Source: Thiotrichaceae bacterium UBA973 (GTDB lineage Bacteria; Pseudomonadota; Gammaproteobacteria; Eutrophobiales; Eutrophobiaceae). From it: 64,000 bases of DNA. A program made the position numbers and the translations under genes. Of this stretch, positions 50,013 to 58,598 are shown piece by piece. The DNA is taken from assembly GCA_002292815.1 (NCBI GenBank), contig DBBX01000003.1:8160-72159 (forward strand). The letters are read 5' to 3'. The notes under the pieces were generated by a model, which was given only the letters and a program-made list of their open reading frames with translations, was not told the DNA's origin and searched no databases. Each line of letters opens with the position of its first letter. The first letter of the stretch is position 1.

Positions 50013-51629
50013 TTGATCTCAACAGCAAACATCACCATGCAGTTTGGCGCCAAGCCATTATTTGAAAATATATCGGTCAAATTCAGCGATAGTAACCGCT
50101 ATGGCCTGATTGGAGCCAATGGTTGCGGCAAATCGACTTTCATGAAGATACTTGATGGCAGTCTTGCACCAACATCGGGCAATGTTTCTATTGGACCAAC
50201 AGATCGTGTCGGCAAATTACATCAGGATCAATTTGCCTTTGAAGAATACGGTGTTATCGACACAGTCATTATGGGTCACACGGAATTGTGGAAAGTGAAA
50301 CAAGAGCGTGATCGAATTTATTCCCTACCCGAAATGACTGAAGAAGATGGTATGAAAGTCGCTGAACTCGAAATCAGGTTTGGTGAAATGGATGGTTATA
50401 GTGCAGAAAGCCGGGCCGGTGAATTGCTCATCAGTGCAGGTATAGAATTAGAACTACATGATGGCCCAATGAGTGAAGTAGCCCCAGGTTGGAAACTACG
50501 AGTACTATTGGCACAGGCCCTGTTTTCAGATCCTGACATTCTTTTACTTGATGAACCAACCAATAACCTGGACATCAATACTATCCGTTGGTTAGAGACC
50601 GTGCTCAATGGGCGCAAGAGCACCATGGTCATCATTTCTCATGATCGACATTTCCTGAATGCCGTTTGTACCCATATTGCCGATATCGATTACGGCGAAT
50701 TGCGTGTCTACCCTGGCAACTACGATGATTTCATGACGGCGTCGACACAAGCACGCGAACGTTTACATTCAGAAAATGCTAAAAAATCAACACAAATAGC
50801 GGACCTGCAACAATTTGTCAGTCGCTTCTCGGCCAATGCGTCAAAGGCGAAACAAGCAACTTCACGTGCCAAGCAACTGGAAAAAATTAAACTGGATGAG
50901 GTTAAACCCTCTAGCCGTGTCAGCCCTTTCATTCGTTTTAACCAAACAAAAAAATTACATCGCCTGGCATTAACCATCGAAGACCTCAGTCATGGTTATG
51001 ACGGTGAGACATTATTTAGCAAAGGCAATATGATCCTGGAAGCTGGTGCTCGTCTAGCCGTCATTGGTGAGAACGGCGCGGGGAAATCAACCCTGTTACG
51101 CTGCCTGATGAATGAGATCGCAGCAAACAACGGCATCATAAAATGGGCTGAAAATGCAGTTCAGTCATACTGTCCACAGGACACTGCCGCTGTCTTTACC
51201 TCTGACATAAATCTATTCGATTGGATGAGTCAATGGCGTAAACCTAAACACGATGATCAAGCTGTACGCGCAACATTAGGACGTCTTTTATTTTCAACCG
51301 ATGACTTTAATAAAAAGGCCAACGTCTGTTCTGGTGGTGAAAAGAATCGATTGTTGTTTGGCAAGTTGATGATGCAAGAAACCAATGTATTAATAATGGA
51401 TGAGCCTACCAATCATCTGGACATGGAAGCGATTGAAGCGTTAAACCTCGCCTTGGAACATTACGAAGGGACGTTAATCTTCGTCAGTCATGACCGTGAG
51501 TTTGTTTCATCATTGGCGACACGTGTCATTGAAATAAAAGACAATAAATTAATCGATTTCCAGGGTAGCTATGAAGAATATTTGGTCAGCCAGCAGGAAG
51601 TTGGAAAGAAAGTCGCTAACTCCAGATAA
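50013..51629 (+). CDS. ybiT: ABC-F family ATPase YbiT
   Basis: [35 protein letters not shown] and [17 protein letters not shown] at 50013 is the likely start. Confidence 0.9.
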   Translation: MISTANITMQFGAKPLFENISVKFSDSNRYGLIGANGCGKSTFMKILDGSLAPTSGNVSIGPTDRVGKLHQDQFAFEEYGVIDTVIMGHTELWKVKQERDRIYSLPEMTEEDGMKVAELEIRFGEMDGYSAESRAGELLISAGIELELHDGPMSEVAPGWKLRVLLAQALFSDPDILLLDEPTNNLDINTIRWLETVLNGRKSTMVIISHDRHFLNAVCTHIADIDYGELRVYPGNYDDFMTASTQARERLHSENAKKSTQIADLQQFVSRFSANASKAKQATSRAKQLEKIKLDEVKPSSRVSPFIRFNQTKKLHRLALTIEDLSHGYDGETLFSKGNMILEAGARLAVIGENGAGKSTLLRCLMNEIAANNGIIKWAENAVQSYCPQDTAAVFTSDINLFDWMSQWRKPKHDDQAVRATLGRLLFSTDDFNKKANVCSGGEKNRLLFGKLMMQETNVLIMDEPTNHLDMEAIEALNLALEHYEGTLIFVSHDREFVSSLATRVIEIKDNKLIDFQGSYEEYLVSQQEVGKKVANSR

Positions 51630-51633
51630 ATAA

Positions 51634-52371
51634 ATGTCTATTGTTTTTGAAGAAATAGATTTTCAAACAACGCCACTCGGAGACATCAGTCTTAGACGTC
51701 GTTCAGAACCACGATTCGACAACATCATTCTTTATGAGGTAAAGCTTGGCGACGAGTTTCTCATGTCTAGCCTATTTACCGAATCTGAGATTCAACTTTC
51801 AAAATTAGGGCTCACGGCTCTTAAAGAAAATAACCATACAAAAAATCTGGATATAATCGTTGGTGGATTAGGTCTTGGTTATACCGCTGTTGCGGCACTG
51901 GAAGATCCTGCTATCAAATCACTTAGGGTTATTGAAGTCATGGCTCCGGTGATTGATTGGCACCAGCGTGGCCTTGTCCCACTTGGCGATAAATTAACGG
52001 CAGACTCACGCTGTACACTGGTTCATGATGATTTCTTTGCTATTGCCTCTGCTGATAATGGTAGTTTTGATAAAGAAGAACCAGAAAAATTAGTGCATGC
52101 AGTACTGCTCGACATCGACCATTCACCGAGCCATTGGCTCAATGAAGGTAACCGTTCTTTCTATACGGTGTCTGCATTAGAAAACCTCTCCAGGAAAATA
52201 CTTCCCAGTGGTATTTTTGGTGTCTGGTCAAACGACCCGCCAGACAATGATTTCATAAAGCTACTTGAGTCTGTATTCCAATCAGTTGAATCACATATAG
52301 TTAGCTTTCCAAACCCATACACAGACGGAAATTCTGCCTGCACTGTTTATGTCGCACAAACTAAACCCTAG
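51634..52371 (+). CDS. Spermidine synthase-like SAM-dependent protein
   Basis: FLMSSLFT.SE, VGGLGLGYTA and LLDIDHSP. Confidence 0.8.
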   Translation: MSIVFEEIDFQTTPLGDISLRRRSEPRFDNIILYEVKLGDEFLMSSLFTESEIQLSKLGLTALKENNHTKNLDIIVGGLGLGYTAVAALEDPAIKSLRVIEVMAPVIDWHQRGLVPLGDKLTADSRCTLVHDDFFAIASADNGSFDKEEPEKLVHAVLLDIDHSPSHWLNEGNRSFYTVSALENLSRKILPSGIFGVWSNDPPDNDFIKLLESVFQSVESHIVSFPNPYTDGNSACTVYVAQTKP

Positions 52372-52417
52372 CCGCATAACATTCATAATCCTGGTAAAAA
52401 ATATAATTCAAATTCTG

Positions 52418-52431
52418 TTGATTTGGATCAA
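52418..52431 (+). promoter_or_regulatory. FNR/Anr-type binding site
   Basis: TTGAT-TTGG-ATCAA, an exact consensus match, with TATATT starting at 52454. Confidence 0.75.
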
Positions 52432-52514
52432 GATGCTATAAAGTATATAACCTTATATTTACATTCAAGATGGTCACATTAGCTTTTGTAGTTACAGATA
52501 TATAAGGAGTTACT

Positions 52515-53012
52515 ATGCGTTATATAAAACCGATTCTTCAACTATTGTTATTAGTAAGCATAAACCAAATTGCAGTCGCGGATGAACATGGACATCAAGA
52601 CGTAAAGACCGAGTTCTATCAAGTCACACATGGCAAAGTAGATGCAGCGACATTTATTGGTTGGAGCATGTATCACAACGCATGCGTGAATTGTCATGGC
52701 GTCGGCGGAGTTGGTAGTGACATTGCCCCTGATTTAACAGAAATTGCAGACCGCCTAAGTCCTGAACAATTTAGGTTAAAGGTGATGCACAATACTATTG
52801 TCAGATTTACAGGCGATGATTGGCGGAATATGGAACAAGCACTGTTTGAAGAAATTGCGAAACAGGAAAAACGTGACGCAGGTGAATTGGAAACAATGCC
52901 ACGTTGGAAACACAACCCTGCGGTAACGGCAAATATTAAAAACATTTATCGCTACCTGAAAGCACGCGCGGATGGTGTTATTGGCCCAGAGAAACCGGAA
53001 CTATTAAAATAG
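52515..53012 (+). CDS. Periplasmic monoheme c-type cytochrome
   Basis: Signal peptide, CVNCHG, APDL, distal MP.W and YLKARADG. Confidence 0.85.
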   Translation: MRYIKPILQLLLLVSINQIAVADEHGHQDVKTEFYQVTHGKVDAATFIGWSMYHNACVNCHGVGGVGSDIAPDLTEIADRLSPEQFRLKVMHNTIVRFTGDDWRNMEQALFEEIAKQEKRDAGELETMPRWKHNPAVTANIKNIYRYLKARADGVIGPEKPELLK

Positions 53013-53040
53013 TAATTAAATATTAAGAAAACTATAACGA

Positions 53041-53853
53041 TTATTTTTTTATCTCCGTTAGTATTTTAGCGAACCCTTCAGAGCAACTCATGTTTAAGAA
53101 TTGGCCATTGCTGCTGTTTAATGCTCGTTCAGTAAATGAATTTGATTCGATATTAATATCAATGATAGCGCCCTTATTTTGGTAGACCATATTGGCCACA
53201 TGATTAGGTAAGGTAGTTGCACCAGATGTTCCTGCAATAATCAGAACATCTGTTTTTTCCGCAACCGCCATGGCACTTTCAAACTTGAAATAATGTTCAT
53301 CGTAACTTTCATCAAACCACAGCACATGCGGACGTGTACCCACACCACAATCGGGACACTTTAAACAGTTTTTATCTTCTACTGATAAAGACTGGTCTTT
53401 CTCTCTAAGAAAGAGTTTTTGTGGTAAGGCAATAAGTCTTTGTTGACACTCATTAACACAACGCATAAAAAAAACATTACCATGTATTTGAAAGGTCCGC
53501 TCTGGATTGCTGCCCGCTCGAATATGTAAGTTATCAACATTCTGAGTAATCAGCGTAAACCTATCCTGAAGGATTCGCTCTATCTCCACCAAAGCAAGAT
53601 GAGCTTGATTTGGTTCGGCATTAAGACACACACTCGCACGATAAAGATACCACTGCCATAGTTCATCAGGGTGTTTAGTAAACATGGCATAGGTTGCCAT
53701 TTCTTGCGGATGATATTCTTTTGCGCCAACTGTCCAGTAACCTTCAGGACCACGAAACGTCGGGATACCGCTTTCAGACGAAATGCCCGCTCCAGTAAGA
53801 AAGGTAATCTGCTTGGCCTGATCGGAGAATATTGTTTGTAGTCTAGTGCTCAT
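53041..53853 (-). CDS. cobB: NAD-dependent protein deacylase (sirtuin)
   Basis: TGAGISSESGIPTFRG, TQNVDNLH.RAG, HG, CxxxC/CxxC, RP.VLWFDE and GTS. Confidence 0.88.
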   Translation of the reverse strand: MSTRLQTIFSDQAKQITFLTGAGISSESGIPTFRGPEGYWTVGAKEYHPQEMATYAMFTKHPDELWQWYLYRASVCLNAEPNQAHLALVEIERILQDRFTLITQNVDNLHIRAGSNPERTFQIHGNVFFMRCVNECQQRLIALPQKLFLREKDQSLSVEDKNCLKCPDCGVGTRPHVLWFDESYDEHYFKFESAMAVAEKTDVLIIAGTSGATTLPNHVANMVYQNKGAIIDINIESNSFTERALNSSNGQFLNMSCSEGFAKILTEIKK

Positions 53854-53955
53854 GCGACAAGCTTGATTTCTTAATATTAATTATTAGTATTTCAGCTCTG
53901 TATAATTACAAATAATGACAGATCTAATATCATGCGAATATAGATATTGATAAAC

Positions 53956-53990
53956 GTGGGCTGAAGCCTATGATTCCTGATTGACCCTAC
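53956..53990 (+). repeat. Degenerate GTAG-family REP-like element
   Basis: GTGGGCTGAAGCCTAT hairpin followed by ACCCTAC, resembling REPs of the GTGGGCTGAAGCCCACCCTAC type. Confidence 0.35.
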
Positions 53991-54007
53991 ACATTAATTA
54001 ATCCCAT

Positions 54008-55000
54008 ATGAATATAAAACTACTGCTGCTTATCGTTTTAATACTGAATCTCACTTATGCAAATGCTGAATCAGTTAAAGACTTCGGTAGTAACCCCGGT
54101 AATGTAAATATGTATACGTATGTTCCTGAGAATATGCCCGCTAATGCCCCTTTAGTGGTTTCCCTGCATGGTTGTTTTCAGGATGCTGAAACTTATAACA
54201 AAGTGGGTTGGAAAACGCTGGCAGATACGTGGAAGTTTTATTTGATCTTTCCCGAGCAAAAAAGAAGTAATAATCTTTATAAATGCTGGAATTGGTTTCA
54301 GGCGGAAAATATCAAACGTGGCCAAGGTGAAAGTAAATCAATTGTGCAAATGATTGAAAAAATGATAGCTGACTATTCAATCGATAATAGTCGAATCTAT
54401 GTAGAAGGACTCTCCGCCGGAGCCTATATGACATCAGCCTTGTTAGCCTCCTATCCTGATGTGTTTGCAGGGGGAGCGACCAACGCTGGCGGACCGGCCT
54501 TATGTGCTAAGACAGAAAAGCATTTTTGGGATATCTTTAGTTGGTGGTATTTAAAACAGAGTTTTTCGGACGCTAAAGCATGTATGAATGGCATTGATAA
54601 ATCACCCGAGGAATGGGGTGAACTGGTGCATAACGAGGGTTATGAGGACTTTAATGGCCCATGGCCAACCATCTCAATCTGGCATGGTGCAGCCGATGAA
54701 ACTGTTGATAAAATCAACCAGCAAGAACTCATTGACCAATGGACTTATCTTCATGGTATTGACCAGATAGCTGACAAAAAAGGCAAGTCGGGCAAGACGA
54801 TTAATGTCATTCATGAGGAATTCCATGACAACAATGGCAAGTTACTTATTGAGACCTATTTAGTCCCTGAGATGTCACACGGGATAGCAGTGGATACAAA
54901 TGCTGGTTGTGGAGAAACGGATAAATATATTCTTGATGCAGGCATCTGCGCAGTGCGCCAAATTGGACTCTTCTGGAAGCTAAATACTGCTCAACAATAA
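54008..55000 (+). CDS. Extracellular PHB depolymerase family esterase (catalytic domain only)
   Basis: FGSNPGN, LVVSLHGC.Q, CWNWF, GLSAGA, WHG..D..V and M.HG. Confidence 0.88.
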   Translation: MNIKLLLLIVLILNLTYANAESVKDFGSNPGNVNMYTYVPENMPANAPLVVSLHGCFQDAETYNKVGWKTLADTWKFYLIFPEQKRSNNLYKCWNWFQAENIKRGQGESKSIVQMIEKMIADYSIDNSRIYVEGLSAGAYMTSALLASYPDVFAGGATNAGGPALCAKTEKHFWDIFSWWYLKQSFSDAKACMNGIDKSPEEWGELVHNEGYEDFNGPWPTISIWHGAADETVDKINQQELIDQWTYLHGIDQIADKKGKSGKTINVIHEEFHDNNGKLLIETYLVPEMSHGIAVDTNAGCGETDKYILDAGICAVRQIGLFWKLNTAQQ

Positions 55001-55011
55001 ACTACTACCGT

Positions 55012-55440
55012 TTAACTGGCTTTTTCTATGCCAGCAAGAACGATATCAGCAAATCTATTTTCAATTTCAGAATTAGTATCCACCGTAAGATCTTCTGCTA
55101 TCTCACCAATCATTAACTTTGTAAGCTGTTCCGGTAAGGCCTTCTTAAATTTCGTTAACACATCGGCAGGTGCTGCAATTGCCAATAAATCAAACATGTC
55201 TAACTTGTGGTGTTCTGCCAAGAAGTCTATCTGACACTGAATATTATCTATTTTTTTCGATACGGCTGAGTCACCAGTTCCATTCAATGGTTTTCCATTA
55301 ACCATCAGATAGCCAAGTTCAGCATAGGCTGGTAAATCATCGGCATTCAAGATCGTAAGTGCCTTTCCTTCGCCTTTGTTAATCAATATTTTTAAATATC
55401 TGCCGTCGCTCAGCACGACCCATGTTCTTACGTTACTCAT
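55012..55440 (-). CDS. Host-attachment/baeRF12-like family protein
   Basis: TWVVLSDG N-terminus and FD.L...AP...L......L.......GEI..DLT C-terminus. Confidence 0.6.
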   Translation of the reverse strand: MSNVRTWVVLSDGRYLKILINKGEGKALTILNADDLPAYAELGYLMVNGKPLNGTGDSAVSKKIDNIQCQIDFLAEHHKLDMFDLLAIAAPADVLTKFKKALPEQLTKLMIGEIAEDLTVDTNSEIENRFADIVLAGIEKAS

Positions 55441-55533
55441 AATATTATTTTCTATTAACAATTAATTTTAATAAATATGATGGATGAGAAGATTCACCCA
55501 CCATATCTATGATACAGAATAATTTGCCCGCTG

Positions 55534-55995
55534 TTAGTACTTAAGCAAATCTTTGGCACTATCTACTGCACCATCTTTAGCCGCGTCCATCGCTTTTTCT
55601 TTAACCATTTCTTCAGCCTGTTCCTTTGCCATGTCAGTGGTTTGTTCTTTAACCATTTCAGTCCCTTTTTCTTTGGCCGCTGCCATCATCTCATCCTTGT
55701 TTTCATCTATATATTCCTGAGCTGCGTCTTTTGCCACTTCAACGACTTCATCGGTCATCGTTTTCGTTTCTTCCGCGGCTTCTTCTGCCATTGCAGTAGT
55801 TTCTTCTGCTGCGGCTTCAGTAGATTCAGCCACTGCAGCACTTGCCTTTGTTGCTGCCTTGCTGGCTTCATTCATAGCCGCTTTAGTGCTACTTTCTGCC
55901 TCGCTCATCGTTTTGGATGCAGCTGACTTGTCATCATCACTACAACCAGCCATTGACAAAATAAGTACTAGGCCAAGCATTTGTAACTTCTTCAT
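55534..55995 (-). CDS. Ala/Glu/Lys-rich repeat lipoprotein
   Basis: Lipobox MAGC; 11-aa and 8-aa helical repeats. Confidence 0.75.
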   Translation of the reverse strand: MKKLQMLGLVLILSMAGCSDDDKSAASKTMSEAESSTKAAMNEASKAATKASAAVAESTEAAAEETTAMAEEAAEETKTMTDEVVEVAKDAAQEYIDENKDEMMAAAKEKGTEMVKEQTTDMAKEQAEEMVKEKAMDAAKDGAVDSAKDLLKY

Positions 55996-56137
55996 TGTTT
56001 AAGTCTCCAGATAATTACTTATATTGAATATATAAGGGCTCGCATTTGTACACTTTGAGGCAGTATTAAGCAACAGATTAATTCTGTAATCTGGAACATA
56101 TCGGGAAGATCATGAAAAGCTGAAGTTAAGACGTCGA

Positions 56138-56467
56138 TTACTGTTTACGCCACATCACACTACAACCTTCCTCAGCAGCCCTGCTGAGCATCTGAATTAA
56201 AGGAAATGCACGACCCGAAATACTGACTTTCGGCTCAACCTCATCTTCTTCGGCATCTGCTCCTGCATCCGGGTTATCTTCATCGTACCCTTCGTTATTC
56301 TGTGCTTCAATCGCAGACTTAAGTCGCTCAAGCACAGCAGGAACATCTTTAGCAGCAATCGCACTCGGTATCGTACCGCTGTGCCCCATCAGCTCAAACA
56401 TGCGTTCTGCTACATCCCCAAACATGGTGATATCGCCAGTCGCATTTGATGAAAAAATAATTAACAT
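56138..56467 (-). CDS. DUF1840 family protein
   Basis: F.S.ATGDITMFGDVA..MF..MGH and RAFPLI.ML......V.W. Confidence 0.85.
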   Translation of the reverse strand: MLIIFSSNATGDITMFGDVAERMFELMGHSGTIPSAIAAKDVPAVLERLKSAIEAQNNEGYDEDNPDAGADAEEDEVEPKVSISGRAFPLIQMLSRAAEEGCSVMWRKQ

Positions 56468-56699
56468 AATTTTCTAATTTTAAACCCATTGAAGAATAAT
56501 TACATTATAGCAATATTAAAACGGCCTGTTTCAGACAACATGGATAAACATAAGGTCATTTTCATGAGAATTGATTGACTCTCAAAATATAAGGACTATA
56601 TATTGACTAATCGTAATAAATTTCATGGACAGAGACAGGTTGTTTCATGTCAGTCCATGGGAATACTTATCCATATACACCAATTAATAAGGGGGCGTT

Positions 56700-56849
56700 A
56701 TGACTGTTTGTCCTATAGCAAATTCGGTAGGTTGTGAAAAATGTGCCGTAGTGAAAATTTGCCTTCTGAGATCAGTGCTCGGTAATTATGACGCAGAAAC
56801 AACAGAACAGGCTAATTCAACTGAATCTGAACCCAAACCACCGGATTAA
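56700..56849 (+). CDS. Small four-Cys protein, 49 aa (MTVCPIANSVGCEKCAVVKICLLRSVLGNY...), not in the ORF track
   Basis: Translated by hand; AAGGGGG RBS; CPIA..VGC.KC.....C...VLG.Y pattern. Confidence 0.7.
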   Translation: MTVCPIANSVGCEKCAVVKICLLRSVLGNYDAETTEQANSTESEPKPPD

Positions 56850-56851
56850 TA

Positions 56852-57397
56852 TTACCAAATCAAATCATCTGGTATTTTATAGTCCGCATAAGGATCATCT
56901 TCATCCTGTTCGGTCTCGATACTATGATCAGTTTTAATTATGCAATCAGCATCACGTTGTATGATTTTTTCAGCAACCGGCTTCGGTACAAGTTCGTAAC
57001 CCTCGCCTAGTTTGGCAATCACTAGCTTGCCACTCATAAGATGCTGATGTATTTTTTCTGATACAAATAACCGTTTAACCACATTTACATCCGTAAAATT
57101 ATAAACAATCTCACCCTCACGATCGTCGACATGATTAGTTTCGATCAATTGAATAATCTGCGCAGCAATTGCCTTACGCTCAGCTTCTTCTTTCTTTTGC
57201 TGATTGATCTCTCGATCACGTTCAACTTTTTCAGCCTGCGCCTTTTTAGCCAAGATCTTGGCTTCGTCTAACTGGGTAGCCGAGCCTTTTTTGGTCTTCT
57301 GCTTTTTATTTTTATATTGTTCATGCTTGGCCTTATGCGCCTTTTTCTTATCGACCAGTCCGGTCTTTTTAAGCTGATCAATCAGTGAATTACCCAT
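56852..57397 (-). CDS. DUF2058 (YaiL-like) protein
   Basis: SL.DQL.K.GLVD and C-terminal DDPYADYKIPDDLIW. Confidence 0.9.
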   Translation of the reverse strand: MGNSLIDQLKKTGLVDKKKAHKAKHEQYKNKKQKTKKGSATQLDEAKILAKKAQAEKVERDREINQQKKEEAERKAIAAQIIQLIETNHVDDREGEIVYNFTDVNVVKRLFVSEKIHQHLMSGKLVIAKLGEGYELVPKPVAEKIIQRDADCIIKTDHSIETEQDEDDPYADYKIPDDLIW

Positions 57398-57467
57398 TGG
57401 GTGTGCTCCGTCTGTAATGGTGAGTAAGCTTAAAGGTATCGATTTACCTTAAGCTAAATCGATTGTA

Positions 57468-58040
57468 TTAGTTCTTTTGTATTATTGTAAACGCACCCCG
57501 AATATCACCAACATTGAATCCAGTGGCCCTATCATCCGGATAATGCTTTAGCAGCGCTGTTTTAACTGGTTCAGTCAAGCTCTCACCATGACACGTTAGA
57601 CACAATCCTTTGGTGGGTATTGCCTTCATATAACGAAACCCTTGTTTGGTTTCCTCATAATATTCAAATTTAGCGATGGCTTCGCCCTGTTGTTTGCGTT
57701 GCTCAAACATCTGTAAGACGTTTTTCTCCCAAGCATCGGGGTTATTATCTGGGTTGCGTGTTTTTAAAGCGGTACGACCAATAGACCAATTGTATTTCTC
57801 AGATAGACCTGTCGCTATTTTTGGCGCTTCAATATTGCAAACATTTATTGCTGTTACCGGTCCACCATCTCCTAGAGCCTGCTTTAGTTCGCCTATCAAT
57901 TTACTTCCAAATGCTTCTACGACCATTCTCGATTGACTAACACGAGAATCAACCTCTGGCGCTGTTTCCGATAAAACAGAAGACGAAAGAAGAGTAAGGA
58001 GCAATGTTGTTATTAATCGTATTAGCTTTATGCCGTTCAT
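57468..58040 (-). CDS. DUF3365/Tll0287-like periplasmic heme c protein
   Basis: AI.VC, R.ALK.RNP.N.PD.WE, RYMKAIP...CLTCHG and YP.D.ATGF..GD.RGAF. Confidence 0.88.
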   Translation of the reverse strand: MNGIKLIRLITTLLLTLLSSSVLSETAPEVDSRVSQSRMVVEAFGSKLIGELKQALGDGGPVTAINVCNIEAPKIATGLSEKYNWSIGRTALKTRNPDNNPDAWEKNVLQMFEQRKQQGEAIAKFEYYEETKQGFRYMKAIPTKGLCLTCHGESLTEPVKTALLKHYPDDRATGFNVGDIRGAFTIIQKN

Positions 58041-58168
58041 TGAGGTTACCTATGTGCATTTTCTACAATATTATGTGACTTTAGATTAGCGAAAATATTG
58101 GTTCAGGTCAGTTAGATATCGTTTAGAGTACTCCAAGCACTTTCAGCTTCAGAACAGATGACTAGATC

Positions 58169-58529
58169 TTATTCTTTATCAAGCCACGCCAAGGCATCGT
58201 CTAAAGAAGTGAACCCTCTAACATTAAAACCACTACCTTGCAGAATAACTTGTGGTGTATAACTAATCAGTTCCTTGGAAATAGATATAGGCATATTGGT
58301 CAACTTCGCCCTTTAGTATTGCCGAGGCATAACTCGCAAATTCGAATTTGTCCGAATCAGAAAACGGGGCTCCGACATGCGTTACATCAACGATTACTTT
58401 ATGGATGTCATTTGCCTAACATGCTACCAACAAATCGTCGGGAATCTCCTGAAAATCCAACACACGAATTGGCGCATAAATCATGGTAGAAATATAGTCG
58501 CCGATGACCATGATATCATGTGCTGACAT
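58169..58529 (-). pseudogene. SpoIIAA/STAS-like small protein pseudogene, not in the ORF track
   Basis: MSAHDIM...LLVAC* (TAG at 58416-58418) ANDIHKVIVDV...YAYIY, then a frameshift near 58279, then SKEL...GFNVRGFTSLDDALAWLDKE*. Confidence 0.7.
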
Positions 58530-58598
58530 TGTTCTAACGCAATCTAGAGTATCGCTGTAGTGTACTAAGGAAATGAGCATCCATCCATGTGAGTAGTA

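Noticed and set aside
53041..53853. Sirtuin as an anti-phage SIR2 (Thoeris/DSR) component
   Set aside because: It has the Zn-binding Cys pairs and motifs of housekeeping CobB-type deacylases, and no defence partner genes are adjacent.
15625..55540. Stop codons followed by C (TAAC) after the dUTPase, eamA, NYN, USP and repeat-lipoprotein genes, read as attC R'' sites
   Set aside because: TAA followed by C is common by chance, and no matching R' or L-box hairpin was found for these genes.
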